A DNA stretch of 64,000 bases from Pseudomonadota bacterium (GTDB lineage: Bacteria; Pseudomonadota; Gammaproteobacteria; Burkholderiales; JBEEJL01). The stretch covers positions 19,246-83,245 of the forward strand of contig JAYTVC010000012.1 in the NCBI GenBank assembly GCA_043744215.1. Reading direction: 5' to 3'. The first letter of the stretch is position 1, and every line of letters starts with the position of its first letter. Both the position numbers and the translations under genes were made by a program. The notes under the pieces are model-generated. The model saw only the letters and a list, made by a program, of their open reading frames with translations. It ran no database searches and had not been told where the DNA came from. Positions 1-10,106 of the stretch are shown in pieces.

Positions 1-210
1 GAATCGGTGAAAGCCGCGTCGGATGTCTATGCACCCATCAGCGGCGAAGTCATCGAAGTGAATGCCGACGTGGAAGCCGCGCCAGAAAAAATCAATGCCG
101 ACGCTTACACAAACTGGATGTTCAAACTGAAGCCGAGCAGTGTTGCGGAACTCGACAAGTTAATGAGCGCGGATGAATATCGCAAGCAGGTGGAAGCGGA
201 AGGGCATTGA
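1..210 (+). CDS. gcvH: glycine cleavage system H protein, C-terminal part (gene continues left of the window)
   Basis: Frame 1 is open from base 1. ESVKAASDVYAPISGEVIEVN is the lipoyl-lysine region typical of GcvH. Both glycine dehydrogenase subunit genes follow. Confidence 0.85.
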   Translation, partial: ESVKAASDVYAPISGEVIEVNADVEAAPEKINADAYTNWMFKLKPSSVAELDKLMSADEYRKQVEAEGH

Positions 211-331
211 GCTCGCTTCAAAACGCCGTCATCCCGAGGGCGGAGCCCGAAGAGCCTGTTTTTGAATTTGAAAAAGCACTAATCTTTCGCTTTACCCAGG
301 ACAACAAACTTTTATATTTTTGACTACCGCT

Positions 332-1729
332 ATGCCTTTTATCCCCCACACCGAAACCGACATCGCCGCCATGCTTCGAGCCATCGGCGCACCAAACATC
401 GACGCACTGTTTGATGAAATCCCCGCTGCATTAAGAAGCAAAGGGCTCCAGCATGTGCCCGACGGCCTGAACGAAATGCAAATCACGCGCCTGATGAACG
501 AACGCGCGGAGCTGGATAAGCGCACGCTCAATTTCATCGGCGCGGGCGCGTATGAACATCACATTCCCGCCGCCATTTGGCAGATTGTGACGCGCGGCGA
601 ATTTTATTCTGCCTACACGCCGTATCAGGCCGAAGCGAGCCAGGGCACGCTGCAATTGCTGTACGAATTCCAAACCATGATCGCGTCGTTGTGCGCGATG
701 GAAGTGTCGAACGCGAGTTTGTACGATGGTGCCAGTGGCCTCGCTGAAGCGATTTTGATGGCGGTGCGCGCGCATAAATCGTCGCGCAAAATTTTGATTC
801 CGCGCAGTTTGCATCCTCATTATGTCGACGTGGTGCGCACGATCGTTAAATCGCAACACATTGATTTAATTGAATTTTCTTATGACTCTGCAACCGGCGT
901 TTCGACGCCCGATCACGACCAGACTGATTTCGCCGCGCTCGTCATTCCACAACCGAATTTTTTCGGCGCGCTGGAAGATGCCGATGCGCTCACCGATTTC
1001 GCCCATGCAAAAAATGCATTGGTGATCGGCGTGGTGAACCCGACATCATTGGCTTTGTTAAAACCGCCGGGCGAATGGGGCAGCATAGCGTCTGATAAAC
1101 GCGGCGCGGATATCGCCGTCGGTGAAGGCCAGCCCCTCGGTGTGCCGTTATCGTCGGGCGGGCCGTACTTCGGTTTCATGTGCTGCAAACAGGAATTCGT
1201 GCGCCAAATGCCTGGAAGAATCATCGGTCGCACCGTTGATTTCGACGGCAAACCCGGCTTTGCACTCACGCTACAGGCGCGCGAACAACATATTCGTCGC
1301 AGCAAAGCCACGTCAAACATTTGCACCAATCAAGGTTTGCTCGTTGCTGCCGCAACTTTATATATGGCGCTGGTCGGCCCGCAAGGTTTGCGCAATGTTG
1401 CGGCAGCGAGTCATGCCAACACACGCAAGCTGGTGGCACGACTAACGAAAATCAGCGGCGTGTCGCACAAATTTTCTGCGCCGGTTTTTCACGAGGCCGT
1501 GTTGCAATTGCCCGCACCCGCCCATGCGGTACTCGCAGCGCTGGAAGCGCAAGGCATCGCAGGCGGCTTGAGTTTGCAGACGTATTACCCTGAACTCAAC
1601 AATTGCCTGCTGGTGTGCGCGACAGAAACCAAAACCGATGAAGACATCGACCGCTACGGAAAAGTGCTGGAAAGCGTATTATCCTCATACTGGAAACCGC
1701 AGGCAGTGGGGGGTAGTGCCCATCGCTGA
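332..1729 (+). CDS. gcvPA: glycine dehydrogenase (decarboxylating) subunit 1
   Basis: First ATG is at 332 (the track ORF opens at TTG 320). About 465 aa, with length and sequence of the N-terminal chain of the two-subunit P protein. Lies between gcvH and gcvPB. Confidence 0.9.
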   Translation: MPFIPHTETDIAAMLRAIGAPNIDALFDEIPAALRSKGLQHVPDGLNEMQITRLMNERAELDKRTLNFIGAGAYEHHIPAAIWQIVTRGEFYSAYTPYQAEASQGTLQLLYEFQTMIASLCAMEVSNASLYDGASGLAEAILMAVRAHKSSRKILIPRSLHPHYVDVVRTIVKSQHIDLIEFSYDSATGVSTPDHDQTDFAALVIPQPNFFGALEDADALTDFAHAKNALVIGVVNPTSLALLKPPGEWGSIASDKRGADIAVGEGQPLGVPLSSGGPYFGFMCCKQEFVRQMPGRIIGRTVDFDGKPGFALTLQAREQHIRRSKATSNICTNQGLLVAAATLYMALVGPQGLRNVAAASHANTRKLVARLTKISGVSHKFSAPVFHEAVLQLPAPAHAVLAALEAQGIAGGLSLQTYYPELNNCLLVCATETKTDEDIDRYGKVLESVLSSYWKPQAVGGSAHR

Positions 1730-1865
1730 TTTATTCGCGCCACCTTGCAGCAACGAAAGAACATCCCTTCCCCTTGAAGGAGGGGAAAACGAATCTGAAA
1801 AATTGGCAGCGATATTTGTTCTCTAATCTTCACTACATTCAACCACTCACCACAGGAGAATCATC

Positions 1866-2366
1866 ATGACCACTGTTACCCTTCACGGCACCCCCATCAA
1901 TGTTGCTGGTAATTTGCCGCAGCCCGGCCAGACTGCGCCGGATTTTTCGCTCTGCGCTGTCGATATGGCGGACAAATCACTGAAAGATTACGCCGGCAAA
2001 CGCAAAGTGCTCAACATTGTGCCCAGCCTCGACACGCCCACCTGCGCCACCTCGACGCGCAAGTTCAACAAGGAAGCAGGCGAAATGAATAATGCCGTCG
2101 TGCTGGTGATCGCTGCCGACTTGCCTTTCGCAATGGCGCGTTTTTGCACGACGGAAGGCTTGAAGAATGTGGTGTCGCTGTCCACCTTTCGCGGCGCGGA
2201 CTTCCTCGACAAATACGGCGTCCACATCACCAACGGCCCGCTGCGCGACCTGACCGCCCGCGCCGTCGTGGTGCTGGATGAAAACAACAAAGTGCTGCAC
2301 TCGGAACTGGTGCCGGAAATCGGACACGAGCCGAACTATGAGGCGGCGCTGAAGGCGTTGAAATAA
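1866..2366 (+). CDS. tpx: thiol peroxidase (atypical 2-Cys peroxiredoxin)
   Basis: 166 aa with the PSLDTPTCA peroxidatic-Cys motif and the [10 protein letters not shown] motif. AGGAG RBS upstream of the ATG. Confidence 0.9.
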   Translation: MTTVTLHGTPINVAGNLPQPGQTAPDFSLCAVDMADKSLKDYAGKRKVLNIVPSLDTPTCATSTRKFNKEAGEMNNAVVLVIAADLPFAMARFCTTEGLKNVVSLSTFRGADFLDKYGVHITNGPLRDLTARAVVVLDENNKVLHSELVPEIGHEPNYEAALKALK

Positions 2367-2393
2367 ACCATAGGTTTTTGCACAGGGCGCGCC

Positions 2394-2594
2394 ATGGACT
2401 TCATCGAACTCGAACAAACCGACGGCCAGGTGATCATTATCAATAAGGCCTATGTGGTAAACGTGTTGCCGGCGGAAGGCGGTTACGGCAAAGGCGCGGC
2501 GGTGTATCTGAACACGGGCGCGGCGGGCGTAGCCGTAGTGAATGTGGTGGCCTCGGACGTGAATGCACTTCGGCGCTGGTTGTTGCCGCACTAG
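2394..2594 (+). CDS. hypothetical small protein (66 aa)
   Basis: ATG-initiated ORF in the gap between tpx and gcvPB. No recognisable motif and a weak RBS. Confidence 0.3.
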   Translation: MDFIELEQTDGQVIIINKAYVVNVLPAEGGYGKGAAVYLNTGAAGVAVVNVVASDVNALRRWLLPH

Positions 2595-2647
2595 CCGCAG
2601 CATGGGTTGAGCGACAGCGATAGCGAGACCAGCGCCTTGCTAATCAA

Positions 2648-2779
2648 ATGGAAAATGTTATGCCCGAAGAGAAAGAAAGTTTTTTCAGCAAATACCGTGA
2701 ATGGATCGGTGCGACGGCGTGGTTCTTTTTTGTGATGGGCATTTTGTTTTTGATCTGGGCCAGCATGAGCCATCAATAA
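2648..2779 (+). CDS. hypothetical small membrane protein (43 aa, below the track cutoff)
   Basis: My own translation is MENVMPEEKESFFSKYREWIGATAWFFFVMGILFLIWASMSHQ. It has one clear hydrophobic helix and ends 54 nt before gcvPB. Confidence 0.25.
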   Translation: MENVMPEEKESFFSKYREWIGATAWFFFVMGILFLIWASMSHQ

Positions 2780-2832
2780 TGTCGTTGATGGATATCGCTA
2801 CCACTCAACCCACTACGTTCTGAAAGCTGAAA

Positions 2833-4275
2833 ATGTTGATATTTGAACTCTCGCAACCGAATCGCCGCAACGCGCCGCAGGCTCCGGACGATATCGGCGC
2901 CTTCGACCTGCCGCATAAATTTTTGCGCACCTCCAAACCGCTGTTGCCGGAAGTGTCGGAGATGGACGCGGTGCGCCACTACACGCGGTTGTCGCAGAAA
3001 AATTTTTCCATCGACACGCATTTTTATCCGCTGGGCTCATGCACCATGAAATACAATCCGCGTGCGTGCAATTCGCTTGCAATGTTGCCGGCGTTTTTAG
3101 CGCGGCATCCGTTGGCACCTGCATCAACCGGCCAAGGTTTTCTTGCCTGTATGCATGAGTTGCAGGAGATGCTGAAAGACGTGACCGGCATGGCCGGCGT
3201 GTCGCTCACGCCGATGGCGGGCGCGCAAGGCGAGCTGGCGGGCATAGCGATGATTCGCGCGTATCATCATTCGCGCAACGATTCGGCGCGCACGGAAATC
3301 ATCGTGCCTGATGCGGCTCACGGCACCAACCCCGCGACGGCGGTGATGTGCGGCTACACGGCACGGGAAATTCCCACGGACAAAGACGGCAATGTCGATC
3401 TGGCCGCGCTGGCAGCCGCCGTCGGCCCGCATACGGCGGGGCTGATGTTGACCAATCCTTCGACACTGGGCGTGTTCGAAAAACAAATCGCCGACATTCA
3501 GAAAATTGTGCACGACGCAGGCGGGCTGTTGTATTACGACGGCGCGAACCTGAATGCGATTCTCGGCACGGTGAAGCCGGGCGAAATGGGCTTCGATGTG
3601 ATGCACATGAATTTGCACAAGACATTTTCAACGCCCCACGGCGGAGGCGGGCCGGGCGCGGGGCCCATTGGCTGCAACGCGCGACTGCTGCCTTTTATGC
3701 CCGCGCCGATCGTGATTCATGAGAATGAAAAATTCCGTTACTCGACCAACAAAGATTTGCCACACAGTATGGGCCGTCTCTCCGCGTGGATGGGCAACGC
3801 GGGCGTGCTATTGCGCGCCTATGTGTATGCGCGCCTGTTGGGGCGCGAGGGCATGCATCGCGCGGCCGAGTTTGCGACGCTGAACGCAAATTATCTCGCG
3901 GTGAAATTACGCGAGGCGGGATTTGATCTGGCTTTTCCGCAGCGGCGTGCTACTCACGAATTTATTATTTCGCTAAAAAAATTGAAAGAGCAGACCGGCG
4001 TGACCGCGATGGATTTTGCCAAGCGATTACTCGACTACGGCTTTCATGCGCCGACGACTTATTTTCCATTACTGGTGCCGGAATGTTTATTGATCGAGCC
4101 GACGGAAACGGAATCAAAACAAACGCTCGATGCTTTTATCGACGCCATGATCAAAGTGCGTGATGAAGCGATCAACCATACGGATCGGGTGAAAACCGCG
4201 CCGCACACCATGCCGGTGCGTCGCCTCGACGATGTGAAAGCCGCGCGCGAACTTGATCTGGTATGGAAACCATGA
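2833..4275 (+). CDS. gcvPB: glycine dehydrogenase (decarboxylating) subunit 2, PLP-binding
   Basis: 480 aa. [16 protein letters not shown] is the PLP-lysine region of the P protein C-terminal chain. Confidence 0.9.
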   Translation: MLIFELSQPNRRNAPQAPDDIGAFDLPHKFLRTSKPLLPEVSEMDAVRHYTRLSQKNFSIDTHFYPLGSCTMKYNPRACNSLAMLPAFLARHPLAPASTGQGFLACMHELQEMLKDVTGMAGVSLTPMAGAQGELAGIAMIRAYHHSRNDSARTEIIVPDAAHGTNPATAVMCGYTAREIPTDKDGNVDLAALAAAVGPHTAGLMLTNPSTLGVFEKQIADIQKIVHDAGGLLYYDGANLNAILGTVKPGEMGFDVMHMNLHKTFSTPHGGGGPGAGPIGCNARLLPFMPAPIVIHENEKFRYSTNKDLPHSMGRLSAWMGNAGVLLRAYVYARLLGREGMHRAAEFATLNANYLAVKLREAGFDLAFPQRRATHEFIISLKKLKEQTGVTAMDFAKRLLDYGFHAPTTYFPLLVPECLLIEPTETESKQTLDAFIDAMIKVRDEAINHTDRVKTAPHTMPVRRLDDVKAARELDLVWKP

Positions 4276-4649
4276 CGCCCAGACCACCGCCGCCAGAAAA
4301 TAACGTCGGTCTCGCGCGCATTGGGCGCGCGTTTTTTTATTCGCGTGACGGTTTGTTGGCGGCGTGGAAACATGAAGCGGCATTTCGTCAGGAATGTTTG
4401 CTCGCACTGATTTTAATCCCGCTGGCACTGTGGTTGAATGTGAGCGGCCTCGCCAAAGCACTCATGATCGGCAGCGTGATGCTGGTATTGATTGTAGAAT
4501 TGCTCAACTCGGCGATTGAAGCAGTCGTCGATATCGCGTCGCCGGAAATTCAGGAGCTTGCCAAACGCGCAAAAGACATCGGCAGCGCGGCGGTGTTTTT
4601 AAGTTTGATGAATGTGCTCGCGGTGTGGTCGTTGGTGCTGTTTTTTTAA
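4263..4649 (+). CDS. dgkA: diacylglycerol kinase
   Basis: 128 aa, three hydrophobic helices, and the [12 protein letters not shown] motif typical of DgkA. Overlaps the gcvPB stop. Confidence 0.85.
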   Translation: METMTPRPPPPENNVGLARIGRAFFYSRDGLLAAWKHEAAFRQECLLALILIPLALWLNVSGLAKALMIGSVMLVLIVELLNSAIEAVVDIASPEIQELAKRAKDIGSAAVFLSLMNVLAVWSLVLFF

Positions 4650-4657
4650 CTAAAATA

Positions 4658-4681
4658 ACTCAATATAATCAATAGATTACA
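4658..4681 (-). repeat. 24-bp AT-rich dispersed motif copy
   Basis: Minus strand reads TGTAATCTATTGATTATATTGAGT (21/24). Its last base is the A of the PfkB-kinase ATG. Confidence 0.8.
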
Positions 4682-5616
4682 TGAATACTCTGATTTGCGG
4701 CTCCCTCGCCTACGACACCATCATGGTGTTCCCGGATAAATTCAAGAATCATATTCTTGCCGATCAATTACACATTTTGAACGTGTCGTTTTTTGTGCCG
4801 GAGATGCGGCGCGAGTTCGGCGGTTGCTCGGGCAACATCGCTTACAACTTGCAATTGCTCGGCGGCAAGCCGCTGATGATGGCGACGGTCGGTGACGATT
4901 TCGCGCCTTACTCTGTGCGCCTCGACAAGCTGGGGCTGCAACAAAAACATGTGCGCGTGGTGCCGGGCACGTTCACCGCGCAGGCGTTTATCACCACCGA
5001 CCTCGACGATAACCAGATCACCGCGTTTCATCCGGGCGCGATGAGCCAGTCACATCTGAACATCATCGATGACGCGGAAGGCGTCGAGCTTGGCATCGTG
5101 TCGCCCGATGGGCGCGACGGCATGCTGCAACACGCGCGGGGATTTCGCGACGCGGACATTCCGTTTATTTTTGATCCGGGCCAGGGCATGCCGATGTTCG
5201 ACGGCAAAGACTTGCTGGAATTTGTCGACCTCGCCGACTACGTGACGCTGAACGATTACGAAGCGAAAATGCTTGAACAGCGCACGGGAAAATCCATCGA
5301 CGAATTGGCGAAAAAAGTAAAAGCCTTGATCGTCACCCGTGGCGGCGAAGGCTCGCAGATTTTTGCCGAAGGCAAGCGCCACGACATTCCCAGTGTGCGT
5401 GCGGCGTCGATTGTTGACCCGACCGGCTGCGGCGACGCCTATCGCGCCGGCTTGCTTTACGGCATCAGCAAAAATTGGGATTGGCCGAAGACGGGCCGCC
5501 TAGCGAGCCTCATGGGCTCGATAAAAATCGCCAGCCGCGGCGGGCAAAATCACACGCCAACGCGCGATGACATCGCCGCGCAATTCGCGTTGCAGTTTGG
5601 CATGGCGCTTGATTGA
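4681..5616 (+). CDS. PfkB-family carbohydrate/nucleoside kinase
   Basis: 311 aa with the DPTGCGDAYRAGLLYG PfkB signature. No Shine-Dalgarno. The ATG abuts a copy of the 24-bp motif. Confidence 0.8.
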   Translation: MNTLICGSLAYDTIMVFPDKFKNHILADQLHILNVSFFVPEMRREFGGCSGNIAYNLQLLGGKPLMMATVGDDFAPYSVRLDKLGLQQKHVRVVPGTFTAQAFITTDLDDNQITAFHPGAMSQSHLNIIDDAEGVELGIVSPDGRDGMLQHARGFRDADIPFIFDPGQGMPMFDGKDLLEFVDLADYVTLNDYEAKMLEQRTGKSIDELAKKVKALIVTRGGEGSQIFAEGKRHDIPSVRAASIVDPTGCGDAYRAGLLYGISKNWDWPKTGRLASLMGSIKIASRGGQNHTPTRDDIAAQFALQFGMALD

Positions 5617-6406
5617 TGATGCAGTGCTGACTTCGCTTCCCGTCCGCTGGTATCGCTTTTGCCGATTGCTGCTGCATTTCATTAAAGGCCTGCTGATTGT
5701 CGCGCTGATTTATCCGCGCAAAAACACTGAATGGCAACGCGCCACCGTGCAACGCTGGGCTCAACAACTGTTGCGGCTTTTGAATGTGGACGTCGTCGTG
5801 CGCGGCAGTTTGCCTGCCGTGCCGAAAGTTATCGCGTCCAATCACATCTCGTGGCTGGATAATTTTTTGATTCATTCTGTTTGCCCCGCGCACTTTATCG
5901 CCAAATCGGAAATTCGCGATTGGCCCGTGATGGGGTGGCTCGTCGCGCGCACCGGCGCGCTGTTCATCGAACGGGCGCGGCGGCATCACACGTTGAAAAT
6001 CAATCAGGACATGATGACGGCACTGGATCGCGGCGACAGCGTGGCGCTGTTCCCCGAAGGATCGACAGGAACGGGTGATCATGTGAAATTATTTCACAGT
6101 TCATTGCTACAGGCGGCCATTGGCAGCAATGCGCCGCTGCTGCCCGTCGGCTTGCGCTACCACGGCGCTGATGGCAGGCAAACTCACGCGGCGGATTATG
6201 TCGGCGATATGAGTTTTATGCAGTCGTTGCAATTGATTTTGCGCGAGCCGAAAATCGTCGCGGAAATTCACATCGGCGCAAAAATCAATGCCGCCGGCAA
6301 AACGCGGCGCGACCTGGCGCTCGAAGCGGAACAGGCCATCGCTACCCTGCTTGGCCTACCGGCTCCGCACAGGACACCGCGAACACCGCCCGATCTTCCA
6401 GCCTGA
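5567..6406 (+). CDS. lysophospholipid (1-acyl-sn-glycerol-3-phosphate type) acyltransferase; start uncertain
   Basis: NHISWLD (HX4D) and FPEGSTG acyltransferase motifs. The track start overlaps the upstream gene by 50 nt, so the true start is probably a few codons downstream. Confidence 0.75.
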   Translation: MTSPRNSRCSLAWRLIDDAVLTSLPVRWYRFCRLLLHFIKGLLIVALIYPRKNTEWQRATVQRWAQQLLRLLNVDVVVRGSLPAVPKVIASNHISWLDNFLIHSVCPAHFIAKSEIRDWPVMGWLVARTGALFIERARRHHTLKINQDMMTALDRGDSVALFPEGSTGTGDHVKLFHSSLLQAAIGSNAPLLPVGLRYHGADGRQTHAADYVGDMSFMQSLQLILREPKIVAEIHIGAKINAAGKTRRDLALEAEQAIATLLGLPAPHRTPRTPPDLPA

Positions 6407-7163
6407 ACGCGCTTAACGCGCATCGCCACAGGCAACCGGAGTCGAGGGCGATTAGATTTTTCTCCACGCGCAAGCCCAGCGCCGACCAATGGCCGCAGAT
6501 GAGCGGCTGTTGGGCACTTTGACGATTGGGCGCTTCAAACCACGGAAAAAATTCCGCCGGCGCATTTTCTATTTCACCCTTATGATCGAATTCCATGCGG
6601 CCGTCAGCGGTGCAAAAGCGCAACCGCGTCATGACATTGGTAATCACGCGCAGTCGATCATGGCCGGTTAAAGTGTCACTCCATCGATCAGGCTGGTTGC
6701 CGTACATGACGGAAAAAAATTCGCGGTAATGGTCAGCGCGTATCGCACGCTCTACTTCCCGCGCCAGGCGCAAGGCTTGATCGACAGACCACTGTGGCAA
6801 CAAGCCCGCATGCACCATCGTATAACCGTGTTCGCTGTGCATCAGCGGCTGCCGGCGCAGCCAGGCGAGCAATTCATCGCGGTCTGGTGCGCGCAAGATG
6901 GCGTCGAGCGTATCGCCGCGATAAGCTGTGGCGACACCCTCGGCCACGCAGAGCAAATGCAGATCATGATTGCCCAGCACAGTGACGGCACGGTCACCAA
7001 GGTTTTTGACAAAGCGCAAACATGCAAGCGAATCTTCGCCGCGATTGACCAGATCGCCGACGAACCACAGCACATCTTTAGTCACCTCAAAGCGGATTTG
7101 CCTGAGTAGTTTTTGCAGCGGCTGGTAACAACCCTGCAGATCGCCTATCGCATAAGTGGCCAT
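6342..7163 (-). CDS. apaH: bis(5'-nucleosyl)-tetraphosphatase, symmetrical
   Basis: 273 aa. MATYAIGDLQGC, GDLVNRG and GNHD metallophosphatase motifs in ApaH order. Confidence 0.9.
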   Translation of the reverse strand: MATYAIGDLQGCYQPLQKLLRQIRFEVTKDVLWFVGDLVNRGEDSLACLRFVKNLGDRAVTVLGNHDLHLLCVAEGVATAYRGDTLDAILRAPDRDELLAWLRRQPLMHSEHGYTMVHAGLLPQWSVDQALRLAREVERAIRADHYREFFSVMYGNQPDRWSDTLTGHDRLRVITNVMTRLRFCTADGRMEFDHKGEIENAPAEFFPWFEAPNRQSAQQPLICGHWSALGLRVEKNLIALDSGCLWRCALSAFRLEDRAVFAVSCAEPVGQAG

Positions 7164-7180
7164 GGGGTTCTATAGCGTCA

Positions 7181-7210
7181 AAAATAAAAAAGGGCGATAC
7201 CGGATCGCCC
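7181..7210 (-). terminator. intrinsic terminator after the cytochrome c gene
   Basis: 7-bp GC stem GGGCGAT/ATCGCCC (7192-7210), followed on the minus strand by a T-rich run. Confidence 0.65.
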
Positions 7211-7232
7211 TTTGTGTGGATGTCGGCAAAAT

Positions 7233-7796
7233 TTATTTTGCCGCCGGAGCCGGCGCAGCGGCAGTCGCGGCAGGCGCATCCGGTTCCTTGAAGCTGGCAC
7301 CGGCAGAGTTTGCCATGTAGGCCACCGCGCGCGCGACTTCAACATTATCCAGATCCGTCGCGCCACCCTTAGCCGGCATCATACGAATGCCATTCACAGC
7401 ATTTTTTACCAACGTGTCGTAACCCTGGCCGAGGCGCGCAGTCCAGCCGGCCTTGTCGGCAAATTTCGGCGCGTTATTCAAACCAGCGGCGTGACACGAG
7501 GCGCAAATGACGTCATATACTTGCTGGCCCGTTTTGAAAACCTTGGGTGCATTGGCATCGACCACGGAAACCTGGCCCACCGGCTTGATGCGCGCAGCGA
7601 TAGCCTCGGCGGCCATAGCCGGATCCTTATTCGCATCGCGGGCGCGGCCTTGGTAGGCGCTGATGGAAAACTGCGCCAGCATGACAATGGCAAATATGCC
7701 GGCCACAGAACCGGTGGCGATAGCAATGGCTGTGTGGATAACTTTTTTTGCGTTATTGGATTGGGGTGCTTGTGAATCGTGCTTGCCTGCGCTCAT
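7233..7796 (-). CDS. membrane-anchored class I c-type cytochrome (cytochrome c5-like)
   Basis: N-terminal TM helix, a CASCH haem-binding site and a distal MPAKGG Met ligand region. Confidence 0.8.
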   Translation of the reverse strand: MSAGKHDSQAPQSNNAKKVIHTAIAIATGSVAGIFAIVMLAQFSISAYQGRARDANKDPAMAAEAIAARIKPVGQVSVVDANAPKVFKTGQQVYDVICASCHAAGLNNAPKFADKAGWTARLGQGYDTLVKNAVNGIRMMPAKGGATDLDNVEVARAVAYMANSAGASFKEPDAPAATAAAPAPAAK

Positions 7797-7986
7797 GAAA
7801 ATTTTCCTGTAAATGTCACGTTACGTTCATCGACTGGCGCGAAATTATTTGCCCATCGACAGCGCGTCATTATAACGTTTTCCCACGGGCACACCTAGCG
7901 ACGGCCTGCGCCGCGTGGCGCGCCGATAGACTGGCCAATGGAAATTCGTTATGCTGCATCGTCTTTTGCATCAAGACTTTCACCCC

Positions 7987-8063
7987 GCGCCCGTAGCTCA
8001 GTTGGATAGAGTGTTGGTTTCCGAAACCAAAGGTCACAGGTTCGACTCCTGTCGGGCGCGCCA
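7987..8063 (+). tRNA. tRNA-Arg (anticodon CCG), CCA encoded
   Basis: Hand-folded cloverleaf. Acceptor GCGCCCG/CGGGCGC, anticodon stem TTGGT/ACCAA, loop TTCCGAA (anticodon CCG), T arm ACAGG-TTCGACT-CCTGT, then G-CCA. Confidence 0.9.
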
Positions 8064-8067
8064 AAAA

Positions 8068-8091
8068 ATTCAATGTAATCAAATAGTTACA
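8068..8091 (-). repeat. 24-bp AT-rich dispersed motif copy
   Basis: Minus strand reads TGTAACTATTTGATTACATTGAAT (20/24 to consensus). Begins 5 nt after the tRNA CCA end. Confidence 0.8.
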
Positions 8092-8164
8092 GATTAACCG
8101 CTGATGGCGCCTGAACCGCTTCGTCACGCACGCCATTTAACTTAATGCCTTACACGCCACCAGG

Positions 8165-8192
8165 AAAAAGGGCTCCTTCATTGGAGCCCTTT
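8165..8192. terminator. bidirectional intrinsic terminator
   Basis: Stem GGGCTCC/GGAGCCC (8170-8189) with an A-run before and a T-run after. Sits between the tRNA and the end of the 8224 autotransporter gene. Confidence 0.7.
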
Positions 8193-8223
8193 CAACCGCA
8201 CCGGATAAACTACGTTGTCAAAA

Positions 8224-10041
8224 TCAAAACTCCACTTTGAGCCCCAAAGAATATTTCTGATGCTTGAAGTTTAGTTTGCCGAACGACCGGTCGTAATCGA
8301 CAAAGCCGACCACGCCCTTTGAAAATTGCGCCGAGACGCCCACGCCCGCAGTACCGTAATCTTTATCGAGATTGAGTTGCGGATCGATATTCACTTGCAC
8401 TGTGTCGCCGACAAGTTGTGCTGTGCCGGTCTTGCCGCTGGTTTGCGTCTGGCGTAAATATTCCATGCGCGCGTGAGGGATCAGTACGCCCCATGTGGTG
8501 CTGATGAAATATTGCATTTCGCCGCCTAGCGCCAGGGTCGTGGATGTCAGGGACTGATCGCTGACAGCTATCGGCGATTCGCCGTATTCCCTATAGGCAT
8601 CGACCTTCGATTGCAGGTATTCGAGCCGGCCGTAGGGTGTGACGATGAATGCACCCTCGCGATAATCATAACCGCCCGTTAACGACAAACCTATGCCGGT
8701 AGCTTTGGTGTTGGCGGTCGCGCTGCCGCCGCTCAGTTCCTGCCGCGTTAAATCATACGTGTTGCGACCCCAAGTAGCGGCGAAATCCACAAAGGTTTTA
8801 GGCGACGGCGCGAAGGCTCCATAGGCAACCATGCTATAGCCCGTGGCCGTTTGCTTGCCGGCTTCGACTCCCATGTCCGAGCTGGATTTCAACGCGCCGA
8901 TGGCGGCCCCCACGGCGGCAGCTTTGCTGACGCGATTGTCTGCGCCCACCGTCAGGCCCTTGGTGTTGACACTGAGGCCGCCGTCGGTTTTGTCGGTCAC
9001 GTCTACGCCGCCAATGACGTAACTGCCCCATCCGCTCGCTGTAGCGCGCTGCGTTTTGTCTTCGCATTCCTCATTGGTGTTGCTGGCACCGGTATTGCTG
9101 ACACTACCGCACCCGCCGCCGGGCAAGGGCACGCCGCGGCCATTAACGGCAATGTCGATATCGTGACGAAAGCCCGGTGTGCGGCCCTGAAAGCGCAAAT
9201 AGCGAATGCGTTTGTTGATATTGTCCAACTGGGTTTGCACGCCGATTTGCGTGGTCAATAAATTCGCCGCCGTTTGTTGCGTGGCGATTTGCTGCACTTG
9301 TTGCGCAGAAAGCCCTGCAGCGGCGGTGACGGAAAAGTTTACCGAACTGATGCCCCCGGTAAATGCGCCGTTCTGGGTGCCGATGGTAGCGGTGACCACT
9401 CGCCCGGTATTGCGGTTTGGCAAATTGAATGGCAGGCTGGCCACACCGTTTGCATCAGTCAGCGAAGTCCCGAGCGTTTGGAAGCCCGCCGGGCCGCTCG
9501 TGCTGTCGTAGGTCGTCCAGTACACTTTTTCTCCTGCAAGGATGCCCTCTTCCTGAACGCTGACGATCAGCGGTTGCGCTGGTGTGCCGAGTTTCACCGT
9601 CTGGTTGTCGCCGGAGACAATGCTTAACACGCCGGCGGACAAGTATTGGAAGTTGAGTGTGCCTTTTACCGCAGGCGCTGCCGTTGCATTGACATCAATG
9701 GTGTAGGCGCCGGAAGGCCGCCCCGCTGCGATGAACGTTTGGATCGGAGCAACGTCCCCAGTATTTAAAAATCCAACGTAATCAATTAAACCATATCCGA
9801 CGGGGCAATTCGCATAGACCGTTACTGACTCCCCGCTACGTATCACCCTGGTGCTGTTAATCACGGCTTCTTTTCCTTTGCGCGCGCTCACCCTCGCCGC
9901 TGGAGACGGGGCAGGCTTTACTAGCGGAACAAAATCGGGGAAACATTCCTCTGGCACGGTTTGTGCCGTGGAAGTGCCTGCGCAGAATAAAAGCGTCGCG
10001 AAGACGAAGTATTTATGTAATGTAGAAGTTGTCATGGTCAT
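8224..10041 (-). CDS. autotransporter-type outer membrane protein (605 aa); start may be the second ATG at 10035
   Basis: Signal peptide, beta-rich passenger, a Q-rich linker helix (QQIATQQTAANLLTTQIGVQTQLDNINKRIRYL) and a C-terminal ~280-aa alternating-hydrophobic barrel ending in KVEF. Confidence 0.75.
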   Translation of the reverse strand: MTMTTSTLHKYFVFATLLFCAGTSTAQTVPEECFPDFVPLVKPAPSPAARVSARKGKEAVINSTRVIRSGESVTVYANCPVGYGLIDYVGFLNTGDVAPIQTFIAAGRPSGAYTIDVNATAAPAVKGTLNFQYLSAGVLSIVSGDNQTVKLGTPAQPLIVSVQEEGILAGEKVYWTTYDSTSGPAGFQTLGTSLTDANGVASLPFNLPNRNTGRVVTATIGTQNGAFTGGISSVNFSVTAAAGLSAQQVQQIATQQTAANLLTTQIGVQTQLDNINKRIRYLRFQGRTPGFRHDIDIAVNGRGVPLPGGGCGSVSNTGASNTNEECEDKTQRATASGWGSYVIGGVDVTDKTDGGLSVNTKGLTVGADNRVSKAAAVGAAIGALKSSSDMGVEAGKQTATGYSMVAYGAFAPSPKTFVDFAATWGRNTYDLTRQELSGGSATANTKATGIGLSLTGGYDYREGAFIVTPYGRLEYLQSKVDAYREYGESPIAVSDQSLTSTTLALGGEMQYFISTTWGVLIPHARMEYLRQTQTSGKTGTAQLVGDTVQVNIDPQLNLDKDYGTAGVGVSAQFSKGVVGFVDYDRSFGKLNFKHQKYSLGLKVEF

Positions 10042-10106
10042 CTCTCCGAAAGACTTCAGTATTTTTAAAGGCCTGTTGATTTCTTGAAAGCGTAATTTAC
10101 GAAAAA

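Noticed and set aside
7870-8136. An 88-aa minus-strand ORF.
   Set aside because: It overlaps the tRNA-Arg gene completely and has no RBS or recognisable motif.
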